A DNA stretch of 64,000 nt. Source: Rhodocyclaceae bacterium. Its GTDB lineage: Bacteria; Pseudomonadota; Gammaproteobacteria; Burkholderiales; Rhodocyclaceae. Where the stretch lies: positions 12,201-76,200 of the forward strand of contig JAABQX010000016.1 of assembly GCA_011391215.1 (NCBI GenBank), written 5' to 3'. A program made the translations under genes and the position numbers. How positions within the stretch are numbered: position 1 is the stretch's first letter; each line of letters starts with the position of its first letter. The notes below the pieces were generated by a model. That model had not been told where the DNA came from. It saw only the letters and a program-made list of their open reading frames with translations, and did not search any database. Below, one piece after another: positions 1 to 10,817 of this stretch.

Positions 1-1409
1 GACAGTGCGGTCTGAAAAACCCGGGGCGACGGATTGCCCAGAATGCCGGGAGTGCGCTGGGCGGCTTCGATCAGCATCGCTTCCACCTGACGCCACGGGG
101 TATCGTAGCCGATGGTGACCGTGGTATCGACGACATAACCGCGTCCCTCCACAGCCCGCGAGTAATTCTTGGTGATGGCCCCGGTAATCAGCGAATTCGG
201 GATCGTCAACTCCTCGCCCAGCCCCGTGCGGATAGTAGTCGTGAATATGCCCATCCGGGTCACGGTCCCTTCGTGATCACTAATGCGGACAAACTCGCCG
301 AGTCGAATCGTCCGCGTGTAGGTCAAAATCAAACCGGCGGCTCCCTGCCCGACGATGCTCGAAGCGCCGAGCGATACCATCAGACCGAGCAGCACCGACA
401 TACCCCTGAACGCCTCGGTTTGTGCGCCTGGCAAATAAGGATAGGCCATGGCGATGGCGAACAACCAGATAAAAATATTGAACAGCCGGCGCGTCGTCGG
501 CAGCGTTTCGGGGCCGAGCCAGGTCAGTCCGGCATCCCCCTTGGACATGCGTTCCAGCAAGCGCCCCAGGAAGCCAACGCCGAAACGCGCCAACAAGAAG
601 ATCGCAAAGGCCACACCCAGCCCCGGCACCGCCCCGGTGATGCCACCAACCACGCTTTCCACCACACTCAGGAGATAGTCGTTGAGACGCTCGCCCCAGG
701 GGCGGGTATAAGGAAAGCGGGAAAGCATGAAACTGACCCATTCATAGGTCAGCAATGCAATGACCAGCCAGCGGAAAGCCTCCAGCATGCGGCGGATAAA
801 CGGGAGCAGGTGCTGCTCATCCAGAATCCGGGTTCCCCCGATCTTGAGGGCCTCGACCCGGCGCTCGGCCGCCTGCAGGAACAGCCTGGCGCCCCACGCG
901 CGCAGTTTGCTCACCACCCAGAGCAGCAAGACATAAACAACCGTCGCCAGCGCGGCTCCGGTCAGGGCTTTCAATAATGCCTCGAAGCTTCTGGCTTCTC
1001 GCGTCTCGGCAATGACTTGCTCAAGCCGCACGGCCGCTTGTTTGGCGACCTCTGCGGGGTTTTGTTCGGCCAGCGTATCGAGATCGGCATCCACAACCCC
1101 GAAGGCCAACCTGTCGTCGACCAGTACCAGTTGCCCTTCGGGATTACCCTTGACGGTCACCTTTAGTTCGCCGCCCTCGCGGAAGGCTTCCTTGATATTG
1201 TGGAGCGCCCTGGCAGCACGGACAGCAGGCGGCGCCCCCAGAAATTTGCCGCGAAAGACGAAAATTGTCCGGTTGAAAATCACCAGGGGAACCTCGTTGG
1301 CGTCCTGCGCGCCCTCTGCACCGGCGGCTGCAGTAGAGGCCGCCACGGCTGCTCCGTTGGCCAGTAGCGAAAAAAGGAAAACAACCAAGAGGTACCTGAA
1401 GCTTTTCAT
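1..1409 (-). CDS. MscS-family mechanosensitive channel with N-terminal periplasmic extension (3' end runs off window)
   Basis: Manual translation from ATG 1409: MKSFRYLLVVFLFSLL signal, TM helices, then MscS C-terminal motif VVDTTVTIGYDTPWRQVEAML; missing from the ORF track because it has no stop in the window. Confidence 0.85.
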   Translation of the reverse strand, partial: MKSFRYLLVVFLFSLLANGAAVAASTAAAGAEGAQDANEVPLVIFNRTIFVFRGKFLGAPPAVRAARALHNIKEAFREGGELKVTVKGNPEGQLVLVDDRLAFGVVDADLDTLAEQNPAEVAKQAAVRLEQVIAETREARSFEALLKALTGAALATVVYVLLLWVVSKLRAWGARLFLQAAERRVEALKIGGTRILDEQHLLPFIRRMLEAFRWLVIALLTYEWVSFMLSRFPYTRPWGERLNDYLLSVVESVVGGITGAVPGLGVAFAIFLLARFGVGFLGRLLERMSKGDAGLTWLGPETLPTTRRLFNIFIWLFAIAMAYPYLPGAQTEAFRGMSVLLGLMVSLGASSIVGQGAAGLILTYTRTIRLGEFVRISDHEGTVTRMGIFTTTIRTGLGEELTIPNSLITGAITKNYSRAVEGRGYVVDTTVTIGYDTPWRQVEAMLIEAAQRTPGILGNPSPRVFQTAL

Positions 1410-1647
1410 TCGAGACTCCGCATGAATTCGTTGTAGTGGCGATCCAACGCGCTGATTCTACTGTCCAGACGGCCACGGTAACTCGGTCCGCCCTTCTGGA
1501 CTTTGATTGTCTTGAATCGCAAAATGCATACCGTTACGCATTTTACGGAGACATGTATGCAAACAGTCAGCGCAACCACGTAACGATCTCACGGGCCTGC
1601 GCCTGGTTTGCGATTACTGACGCTCGCTGCGTAAAAGGCATTTTTAC

Positions 1648-1671
1648 GCCGTCCTGCCAACGCCGACTTTC
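1648..1671 (+). repeat. Dispersed 24-bp motif copy (intergenic)
   Basis: gccgtcctgccaacgccgactttc. Confidence 0.85.
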
Positions 1672-1703
1672 TTTCACCGATCCGACTCACCATCTCAAAC
1701 ACC

Positions 1704-2666
1704 ATGACTTCCGACTCCCTGCAAATTGCCATTAACCGCCAACGACAGATTCTGAAAGGCTGGCTTTCTTCGTCCCTGGGTAGCCTTGCCGAGGACTGTC
1801 GTCAGGCCTGGCCCGATCGCCTCGCAATCGAGGAACGGCTGTCGTCGGCCATGCTCGAATTGCCCTATTGCAAATACCTGTATGTGCTTGATGCGCACGC
1901 ACGACAGATCACCGCCAACCTGTCGCGCAACGGACCGCTGCCCGAGCAGATCGATCGCGACAGAAGCACGCGCCCCTACATGGCGGCGGCACTGGCCGGC
2001 GAGCCGTTCTCCCTCTCGGAAGCCTATCTGAGCCGCAATACGCGACGCCCGACACTCACTGCCGTACAGCACATCCATGATGCGCAGGGCAACTTGCTGG
2101 GATTGCTGGGGGCGGACTTTGACCTGCGCGAACTACCCGCGACCCAGGACCTGTACCGCCAACCGGAGCAATGGGTGCAGCTGAAAGGTGACCCAGCCAT
2201 CCGTTCCGGCCTCTTCCATCAAGCGCGCACAGACAGCCTGCTCGACGAACATATCGACACGGTGCTGGATCAGCTGACGGAATTGATGACGGTGCATGGC
2301 GTGTTTCACGGCAAGCTGCACTTTTCGAGTTCGCGCGCGACGCTGTGGCTGGTCAACGACCCCTACCGCTATCACCTGCTGAGCATCCAGGAACTCACCG
2401 ACCCCAATCTCTGCCTGGCTTATCCGCGTTGCCCCTACCCGGAAAAAGCGCTCGTGCCCGCCCAGCGCATCAAGGAAATCCTGCTCACCTTCAAGGCGCT
2501 GCGCCTGATGGACGAGACCCTGTATCTGCGCTCGGGCACGCTCAACATTTTTAACGGCCTGGTCGGGCTGACCTTTTCATGCGACGGATCGCACTACATG
2601 CCCTGGGACGAGTTTCTTACCAAGAATCTGGAATTCTGGCTGGGCACACCACCCAAACCACGCTGA
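1704..2666 (+). CDS. PDC/Cache sensor-domain-containing cytoplasmic protein
   Basis: 320 aa; Cache-like DRSTRPY..F.LSEAYLS...RPTLTAV; no TM or signal peptide. Confidence 0.65.
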   Translation: MTSDSLQIAINRQRQILKGWLSSSLGSLAEDCRQAWPDRLAIEERLSSAMLELPYCKYLYVLDAHARQITANLSRNGPLPEQIDRDRSTRPYMAAALAGEPFSLSEAYLSRNTRRPTLTAVQHIHDAQGNLLGLLGADFDLRELPATQDLYRQPEQWVQLKGDPAIRSGLFHQARTDSLLDEHIDTVLDQLTELMTVHGVFHGKLHFSSSRATLWLVNDPYRYHLLSIQELTDPNLCLAYPRCPYPEKALVPAQRIKEILLTFKALRLMDETLYLRSGTLNIFNGLVGLTFSCDGSHYMPWDEFLTKNLEFWLGTPPKPR

Positions 2667-2669
2667 CCC

Positions 2670-2693
2670 GCCGTTCCGCCAACGCCGACTTTT
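2670..2693 (+). repeat. Dispersed 24-bp motif copy between convergent genes
   Basis: gccgttccgccaacgccgactttt. Confidence 0.85.
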
Positions 2694-3591
2694 ATTCGGT
2701 CTTATCCCAGTAATCCGGGCGCCCGTAATTGTCCTTGAGCATGTCGATGAACAACCGCACCCGCAGCGGCAGGTTACGGCGTTGCGGAAACACGGCGTGA
2801 ATACCTACCGGCGGCGTCGCCAAATCATCAAGCACTGAGACCAGCCGCCCCCAGCGCAAGTCTTCACCAACCTCCCACAACGAGCGCCACGCCAGCCCCA
2901 TGCCGGCCAGCGCCCATTCGTGCAGCACTGCGCCGTCGTTGCAGACAAACCGCCCGGGCGGTTTGAAAAGGATTGCCTTGCCCCCTTGCTGGAAATCCCA
3001 GCCCGGCTGGGTAGAAAGCGCCAGACAATCATGGCCCGCCAAATCGTCGAGCGAGCGCGGTACGCCACGCTGCTGAAAATACCCAGGGCTGCCGACCACC
3101 ACGCGCTTCATCTCGCCCAGTCGCACCGCAACCAGGCTGGAGTCGACCAGCCCACCCAGGCGCACCGCACAATCGATGCCTTCCCCAACCAGATCGACCG
3201 TGCGATCTGCCAGATCAAGACTCGCGCTTACCTCCGGATGGCCGCGCAGGAATTCGCGCAACAGCGGTGCGACATGCTTGCGGCCGAAGCCAGCCGGTGC
3301 CGTCACCTTGAGATGCCCGCTGGCGCGTGCGCTGCCCAGCGAAAGCTGCGCTTCGGCGTTGGCGAGATCGGTGAGGATGCGCTGGCAGTCTTCGAGGAAA
3401 GCCTCGCCTTCCTGCGTCAAGGTCAGCTTGCGGGTCGTGCGCACCAGCAGACGCACGCCGAGACGATCTTCCAGCGCATCCAGCCGCCGGCCGATGATCG
3501 CCGGCGTCACGCCCTCTCCCGCCGCCGCCGCTGTCAGGCTACCCTTGTTAGCGACCTGAACGAAGGCTTCCAGTTCTTTCAGTTTGCTCAC
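2692..3591 (-). CDS. LysR-family transcriptional regulator, divergent from aceB
   Basis: N-terminal HTH (GSLTAAA...LEDRLGVRLLVRTTRKLTLT), LysR substrate domain. Confidence 0.95.
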   Translation of the reverse strand: MSKLKELEAFVQVANKGSLTAAAAGEGVTPAIIGRRLDALEDRLGVRLLVRTTRKLTLTQEGEAFLEDCQRILTDLANAEAQLSLGSARASGHLKVTAPAGFGRKHVAPLLREFLRGHPEVSASLDLADRTVDLVGEGIDCAVRLGGLVDSSLVAVRLGEMKRVVVGSPGYFQQRGVPRSLDDLAGHDCLALSTQPGWDFQQGGKAILFKPPGRFVCNDGAVLHEWALAGMGLAWRSLWEVGEDLRWGRLVSVLDDLATPPVGIHAVFPQRRNLPLRVRLFIDMLKDNYGRPDYWDKTE

Positions 3592-3726
3592 TCGCCTTCA
3601 ACCTTGTACTTTTTGTATCGAATGAATGGACGATATTGTGGCTTATCTTGCGCCATTGTGTCGAATACACTCGTATCTGCAATCATGTCATCTATAAGAC
3701 ACTTAACACAACTCTCGGAGAAAACC

Positions 3727-5325
<1,599 letters not shown>

Positions 5326-5328
5326 TCA

Positions 5329-5373
5329 GCCATCCCCGCCGCGCCGACGTAAAGTCGGCGCCGGCGGTACGGC
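5329..5373. terminator. Hairpin made of two inverted copies of the 24-bp motif between convergent aceB and icd-like genes
   Basis: gcgccgac-gtaaa-gtcggcgc stem extended by ccgcc/ggcgg; right arm taaagtcggcgccggcggtacggc. Confidence 0.7.
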
Positions 5374-5386
5374 GCCCTGACCCTGT

Positions 5387-6424
5387 TTAGCCCTGCTTGA
5401 TCCGCTGCACCAGTGCCGCCGTAAATTCCTGGGTGCCGGCCTTGCCACCGAGGTCGCCGGTGCGCACGTTGTCGATATTCAAGGTCGCGTCGATGGCCTT
5501 GCGCAGTTGGCCGGCCTTGTCGGCCAGACCGACGTGATCCAGCATCATGGCGGCTGCCAGCATCAAGGCGATCGGGTTGGCAATGCCCTTGCCCGCGATG
5601 TCCGGCGCGGAACCATGCACAGCCTCGAAGATGGCGGCATGTTCGCCGATGTTGGCACCCGGCGCCATGCCGAGACCACCCACCAGTCCCGCGATTTCGT
5701 CCGAAAGAATGTCGCCGAACAGGTTGGTCGTCACCAGCACGTCGAACTGCCACGGGTTCATGATCAATTTCATGGCGCAGGCGTCTACGATGATTTCATC
5801 GAGGATGAACTTGTCTTTGTACTCGGCGGCGTAGATCTCGCGCGCCGTCTCGAGGAAGATGCCCGTCAGCGCTTTCATGATGTTGGCCTTGTGCACCACG
5901 GTGACTTTCTTGCGGCCTTTGCGGATCACATAGTCGAAGGCGAAACGGCAGATGCGCCGGCAACCCTGGCGCGTGTTGATACCCGTGCTCATACCCACCG
6001 CATGCGGATCGCCGTCGATCGGGATGAAGTGCTCGTAGCCCATGTAGAGGCCTTCGTTGTTCTCGCGCACCATCACTAGGTCGATGTTGTCGAAACGGCC
6101 GCCGGGAATCAGGGTCTTGGCCGGCCGCAGGTTGGCGTAAAGCTTGAACTCCTCGCGCAGGCGCACGTTCGACGAGCGGTAGCCGCCACCGATGGGGGTT
6201 TCCAGCGGGCCTTTGAGCGCCAGTTGCGTCTTGCGGATGCTATCCAGGCAGGCTTGCGGCAGCGGGTCGCCGCACGCTGTAACACCCGCCGCGCCCGCAA
6301 CCTGTCGGTCCCAGACGAAGGGTACTGCCAGCGCATCAAGGGCCATCAGGGTCGCTTCAGTAATTTCCGGACCGATACCATCGCCGGGGATCAGGGTTGC
6401 CGGAATATTTTTCAAGTCAGACAT
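5387..6424 (-). CDS. Isocitrate/isopropylmalate dehydrogenase family (probable NAD-dependent isocitrate dehydrogenase)
   Basis: IPGDGIGPEI, SSNVRLR, VHKANIMK, NLFGDILSD, FEAVHGSAPDIAG. Confidence 0.9.
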   Translation of the reverse strand: MSDLKNIPATLIPGDGIGPEITEATLMALDALAVPFVWDRQVAGAAGVTACGDPLPQACLDSIRKTQLALKGPLETPIGGGYRSSNVRLREEFKLYANLRPAKTLIPGGRFDNIDLVMVRENNEGLYMGYEHFIPIDGDPHAVGMSTGINTRQGCRRICRFAFDYVIRKGRKKVTVVHKANIMKALTGIFLETAREIYAAEYKDKFILDEIIVDACAMKLIMNPWQFDVLVTTNLFGDILSDEIAGLVGGLGMAPGANIGEHAAIFEAVHGSAPDIAGKGIANPIALMLAAAMMLDHVGLADKAGQLRKAIDATLNIDNVRTGDLGGKAGTQEFTAALVQRIKQG

Positions 6425-6665
6425 GAGTTATCCGTTTCTGTGCGAGGACTCTCCGCTGTTACGCAGGCCAGCGGCAATGCCGTTAATCGTCAGATGCAAG
6501 CCGTGCTGCACGCGTTCATCCGTATCGCCAGCAGGATGAAGCCGCAACCATTCGACTGGCAGGAAGTTTAACAAATTAATGCACGGAAAGAAAATTTTAA
6601 TGAGGCGGGACGGCGTAGTCGGCCCGCCGCAACATGGGGACGGCGCTGCGCGCGGCAGCACTTAC

Positions 6666-7655
6666 TCAGCCTGGTTGCGTTTGTCCTGCCGACTCAGGCG
6701 TTTCCTCAACCAGCCGGGCAATGTCAGCCAGACTGACGAGCCGCTCAACACCCGGCAAGTTTCCGGAAAAGCGGCTGACACCCATACCGCCGATCCAAAG
6801 GCGGACGTGTGCGGGCAACAAGGCGCGCAGCTCGCTGACCACCGGCACCAGTTGGCGCGCCCGGAAAGCCAGCGAAAACGACAAGGCGACGACCTGCACG
6901 TCGTGCGCAATGGCGGCGGCGGCGATGTCATGTAGCGGCGTCTGGGCGCCAAGGGAAACGGCGCTGATACCGCGCAGGGTAAGCAAGGCCTCCACCATCA
7001 GCACGCCGATGAGATGCTGCTCGCCGGGCACCGTGGTCAGCAGGACGCGGGGACGCCGGGTCCCGGGCGGCAGGTTGTTGATCGATTGACGCAACAGGGC
7101 CTTGACCTGCTCGGTGTAGAGATGCTCTTCGAAGATCTGCAGCTTGCCGCCCGCCCAGGCATTGCCGATCATGGCGTTGAGGCGGGGCAGGATTTCAATG
7201 ACGAATTGTTCGAGACCGATGCGCGCCATTTGTTGGGACAACAAGGAGCGAAAAGCCGCCGCATCGTGACTGCGCAGCGCATCGAGCTCTGCACTGTGCG
7301 GCAAGGGATCTGCTGTTTGGTCGCGGGCGGATTTTGCGGCGACTGCGGAATGGCCACCATGGTTACCCTGGCCACCCTGGCTACCACTGAGCACCAGCAG
7401 GTCTTCATCTGTCGCGAGGACAATTTTGCCGGGACGGTGGCCGTTGTCCAGCAGCCGCTTCATCAGGCGCAGGCGGGCGATCTGCTCGCGCGGATACATC
7501 CGGTCGCCGCGGGCATCGCGCACCGGCCGGGGAAACCCATAACGCCGCTCCCACACGCGCAAGGTATCTTTGCCTACACCGGTCTCCCGCTCCGCGACTG
7601 CAATACTGACCATTTGGCCGCCATTGACGCTGGGTGCGCTCTCAGTCGAGGTCAT
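6666..7655 (-). CDS. MerR-family regulator with cobalamin-binding domain (CarH/LitR-type photoreceptor); start uncertain
   Basis: MerR HTH (TLRVWERRYGFPRPVR), W-x9-EH (WAGGKLQIFEEHL) and PGEQHLIG B12-binding motifs. Confidence 0.85.
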   Translation of the reverse strand: MTSTESAPSVNGGQMVSIAVAERETGVGKDTLRVWERRYGFPRPVRDARGDRMYPREQIARLRLMKRLLDNGHRPGKIVLATDEDLLVLSGSQGGQGNHGGHSAVAAKSARDQTADPLPHSAELDALRSHDAAAFRSLLSQQMARIGLEQFVIEILPRLNAMIGNAWAGGKLQIFEEHLYTEQVKALLRQSINNLPPGTRRPRVLLTTVPGEQHLIGVLMVEALLTLRGISAVSLGAQTPLHDIAAAAIAHDVQVVALSFSLAFRARQLVPVVSELRALLPAHVRLWIGGMGVSRFSGNLPGVERLVSLADIARLVEETPESAGQTQPG

Positions 7656-7750
7656 TTTGTTCAGGACAGTAGTTGGACAAACCAGAATGCTATGCGAAAA
7701 AATGGGCACTGTCGTGCCCATTTGTTAATTGACCTTCCAACATGAACAGG

Positions 7751-7888
7751 TCAGCCCTCATCAATGCCTTCCGTAACGGGGTTGTTGATGAACTGGTGCA
7801 AGCGGCTGCCAGGGACATTGGATTCAAGAATCTCGATATTCATTTCTTCGGCCATTTTCATGAAGTCTGGTGAGTAGGGTACGAACAT
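7751..7888 (-). CDS. Small hypothetical protein (45 aa) upstream of the CarH-like gene
   Basis: AGGAG RBS 6 nt before ATG; MFVPYSPDFMKMAEEMNIEILESNVPGSRLHQFINNPVTEGIDEG. Confidence 0.5.
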   Translation of the reverse strand: MFVPYSPDFMKMAEEMNIEILESNVPGSRLHQFINNPVTEGIDEG

Positions 7889-8058
7889 GATGATCTCCTA
7901 AGGGTTGAGGTTTGTCTATCAGGGTGCTTCTGTTCGACTGCTGATTGGATTATATTTGTCCAAGACAGAATGTCAACAAAAATTTGAAAATATTTTTTTG
8001 CACCTCGTTATATAAGGAAGTTTTGGCCAACAGATAGACATTCCTCCAGTCTTTGACC

Positions 8059-8098
8059 TAGACAATTTCTTGACAAGTTGGAATTTTGAACATATCTT
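8059..8098 (+). promoter_or_regulatory. Sigma70 promoter with overlapping CarH-type operator repeats
   Basis: TTGACA(8070)-17 nt-TATCTT(8093); TAGACA/TTGACA spaced 11 bp; TTGTCCAAGACA occurs twice in this intergenic region. Confidence 0.55.
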
Positions 8099-8139
8099 GT
8101 AGTCAAGTATTTTTGTCCAAGACATAAGGAGGCTTAACA

Positions 8140-8700
8140 ATGATTTCTATCATCAAGCGTTGGCTGGGGCTGGCTGGAGTTCTCGGCGCAGGCGTCGTGC
8201 AGGCCGCCGTTACAGGTCAATGCCCGCCATTGCTCGATCACACCTTTGACAAGCTGCAGGACGGCAAGCCGATGCCGCTTTGCCAATACAGCGGCAATGT
8301 CTTGCTGGTGGTCAATACCGCCAGTTTCTGTGGCTTCACCTCGCAATACGACGGCCTGGAAAAGCTCTACGCCCAACTTAAGGAGCGCGGCCTGGTGGTG
8401 ATCGGCTTTCCGTCCAACGATTTTGGCGCGCAGGAACCAGGGACAGAAAAGGAAATCGCCGACTTCTGCCGGCTCACCTATGGCGTCGAGTTTCCGATGG
8501 TTGGCAAAACCGTGGTCAAGGGCAAGCAGGCCAACGCCTTCTATAAACGGCTGGGCGAAATCACCGGCAGCACACCGAAGTGGAACTTCCACAAGTATCT
8601 GATCAATCGCGACGGCAGCCAGGTGATCGCTTTCGGCAGCATGACCGCGCCGGACGACAAGGAACTGCTGGCAAAGATCGAACAATTTCTCAAGCCATGA
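8140..8700 (+). CDS. Glutathione peroxidase family, secreted
   Basis: VVNTASFCGFTSQY, GFPSNDFG.QEPG, PKWNFHKYLI; N-terminal signal peptide. Confidence 0.92.
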   Translation: MISIIKRWLGLAGVLGAGVVQAAVTGQCPPLLDHTFDKLQDGKPMPLCQYSGNVLLVVNTASFCGFTSQYDGLEKLYAQLKERGLVVIGFPSNDFGAQEPGTEKEIADFCRLTYGVEFPMVGKTVVKGKQANAFYKRLGEITGSTPKWNFHKYLINRDGSQVIAFGSMTAPDDKELLAKIEQFLKP

Positions 8701-10019
8701 AAGAGACCGCCACCATGCAACGTAAACAACGCATCGCTGTCGTCGGGGCTGGCATTTCCGGCCTTGCGACTGCCTGGCTACTGAACACCAGACATGACGT
8801 CACGCTCTTCGAGGCTGGGGCCTACCTCGGTGGCCACACCAACACCATCGACGTGACCCTCGACGGCAAGACCCACCCGGTCGACACCGGCTTCCTCGTT
8901 TTCAACGAGAAAACCTACCCGAATCTGATCGCGATGTTTTCACTGCTGGGCGTGGCAAGCGTCGAAACGGAAATGTCCTTCGCGGTCAGCCTGGAAAACC
9001 CCAATCTCGAGTGGGCGGGCAGCAACCTGGCGACTGTCTTCGGTCAGAAACGCAACCTCGTGCGCCGCCCGTTCTGGCGCATGCTCTCCGACATCCTGCG
9101 CTTCAATCGCGACAGCGCCGCGTGGATCACCACTCATCCTGGCGAGCGGGGCAGCCTGCGCGATTTCCTGCTCGACGGCCGTTATTCGAATGAGTTTTCG
9201 GACTGGTACCTGCTGCCGATGGCCGCCGCCATCTGGTCCTGCCCGACCGGCCAGATGCTCGACATGCCACTCGCCACTTTCGTGCGCTTCTGCCAGAACC
9301 ATGGCCTGCTGCAGGTCTTCGACCGGCCGCTGTGGCGCACGGTGAAAGGCGGCGCGCGCACCTACGTGCAAAAACTGGCCGCCCAGCTCGATGACATCCG
9401 GCTGGCCTGCCCGGTGGTCAGCATCACCCGGGATGCGCAAGGGCTGACGCTGCTGCATGCGGAGGGTGCGGAACGCTTCGACCAGGTGGTGATGGCCTGC
9501 CACAGCGACCAGGCGCTGAAAATTCTTGGCGCGACCGCCAGCCACGGCCAGCGCGAGGTGTTGTCGGCCATCCGCTACCAGCCGAATCGCGCCGTTCTGC
9601 ACACCGATCCGGCACTGCTGCCGCGCAACCGCAAGCTCTGGTCGGCCTGGAACTATTTCGCCGGCAGCGGCACGCCGGGCGAGCAGCCGGTCGGCGTCTC
9701 ATACCTCATCAACCGCCTGCAACCCCTGCCCTTCCAGACCCCTGTCAGCGTCACCCTCAATCCGGCGCGTGATCCCGATCCCGCCAAGGTAATTGCCGAG
9801 TTTGACTACGACCACCCGATCTTCGACGCTGCCGCGATTGCCGCCCAGCAGGATCTCTCCGGCGTGCAAGGCGAAGGCGGCATCTGGCTGGCCGGCGCCT
9901 GGGGCAGCTACGGCTTCCATGAAGACGGCCTGAAGTCAGCGCTGCGGGTCGCCAATGGCCTGGGCGTGCAGGCTCCCTGGCAAGGCGCGTCCGCTGCTAT
10001 TGCGCGCGCAGCCGCCTGA
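8697..10019 (+). CDS. FAD-dependent oxidoreductase (UfaD/RSP_1091-like)
   Basis: VVGAGISGL, GGHTNT, VDTGFLVFN, GFHEDGL; precedes DUF1365 and cfa. Confidence 0.85.
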   Translation: MKETATMQRKQRIAVVGAGISGLATAWLLNTRHDVTLFEAGAYLGGHTNTIDVTLDGKTHPVDTGFLVFNEKTYPNLIAMFSLLGVASVETEMSFAVSLENPNLEWAGSNLATVFGQKRNLVRRPFWRMLSDILRFNRDSAAWITTHPGERGSLRDFLLDGRYSNEFSDWYLLPMAAAIWSCPTGQMLDMPLATFVRFCQNHGLLQVFDRPLWRTVKGGARTYVQKLAAQLDDIRLACPVVSITRDAQGLTLLHAEGAERFDQVVMACHSDQALKILGATASHGQREVLSAIRYQPNRAVLHTDPALLPRNRKLWSAWNYFAGSGTPGEQPVGVSYLINRLQPLPFQTPVSVTLNPARDPDPAKVIAEFDYDHPIFDAAAIAAQQDLSGVQGEGGIWLAGAWGSYGFHEDGLKSALRVANGLGVQAPWQGASAAIARAAA

Positions 10020-10022
10020 AGC

Positions 10023-10817
10023 ATGCTCACCGCTCCCCGCCTGCTTGTCGGCCATGTCATGCACCGGCGCCTCCGCCCTGCCGTGAATGCCTTCGTCTAT
10101 CCGGTGTTCTACGTGCAGCTGCCGTTGCGCACTGTGGCGGCGGCAGAGTGCGGCATCTTTTCGGTGGATCGCTGGAATCTGCTGAGCTTCCAAAGCCGTG
10201 ACCATGGCCCACGCGACGGCTCGCCGCTGCTGCCCTGGATGCAACACCTGTTGCGCACACACGGCCTGCCCGACGACGGTGAAATCGTGCTGCAGACCTT
10301 CCCGCGCGTGCTCGGCTTCGTCTTCAATCCCGTCAGTTTCTGGTTTTGCCATGACCGGAGCGGCGCGTTGATCGCCGTGCTGGCCGAGGTCAACAATACT
10401 TTCGGCGGCACCCACAGTTACCTGCTGCACAACCCCGCCGGCGCCCCGCTCGTGGATGGCCTGGAATTGCAGGCGGGCAAGGTGTTCCATGTTTCGCCGT
10501 TTTGCAACGTCGAAGGTGATTACCGCTTCCGCTTCCAGCGTGAGACCGGCACGCAGGTCGCCCATATCGACTATTACGACCAGGGCCGTGCGGAAGAGCC
10601 CGTTCTGCTGACGGCAATCTCCGGCAAGCCGCAGCCCTGGACGGCGGGCGCGTTGTGGCTGGCCTTCCTGCGCATGCCGCTGCTGACGTTTGGCGTCATC
10701 GCGCGCATTCACTGGCAAGCACTCAAACTCTGGCTGAAAAAAGTGCCCTTCCATGGCATGCACCCCTCCCTCCCCTACCCACCCGCCCCCCAATCCCGAC
10801 AGGAGCCGACACGATGA
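10023..10817 (+). CDS. DUF1365 protein (UfaO/RSP_1090-like)
   Basis: GHVMHRRLRP, PRVLGFVFNPVSFW, AEVNNTFG, KVFHVSPF, IHWQALKLW. Confidence 0.9.
   Translation: MLTAPRLLVGHVMHRRLRPAVNAFVYPVFYVQLPLRTVAAAECGIFSVDRWNLLSFQSRDHGPRDGSPLLPWMQHLLRTHGLPDDGEIVLQTFPRVLGFVFNPVSFWFCHDRSGALIAVLAEVNNTFGGTHSYLLHNPAGAPLVDGLELQAGKVFHVSPFCNVEGDYRFRFQRETGTQVAHIDYYDQGRAEEPVLLTAISGKPQPWTAGALWLAFLRMPLLTFGVIARIHWQALKLWLKKVPFHGMHPSLPYPPAPQSRQEPTR

Noticed and set aside
2920-3726. N-terminal extension making an 801-aa ORF with aceB
   Set aside because: It is the antisense shadow of the LysR gene; the real start is ATG 3727 with an RBS
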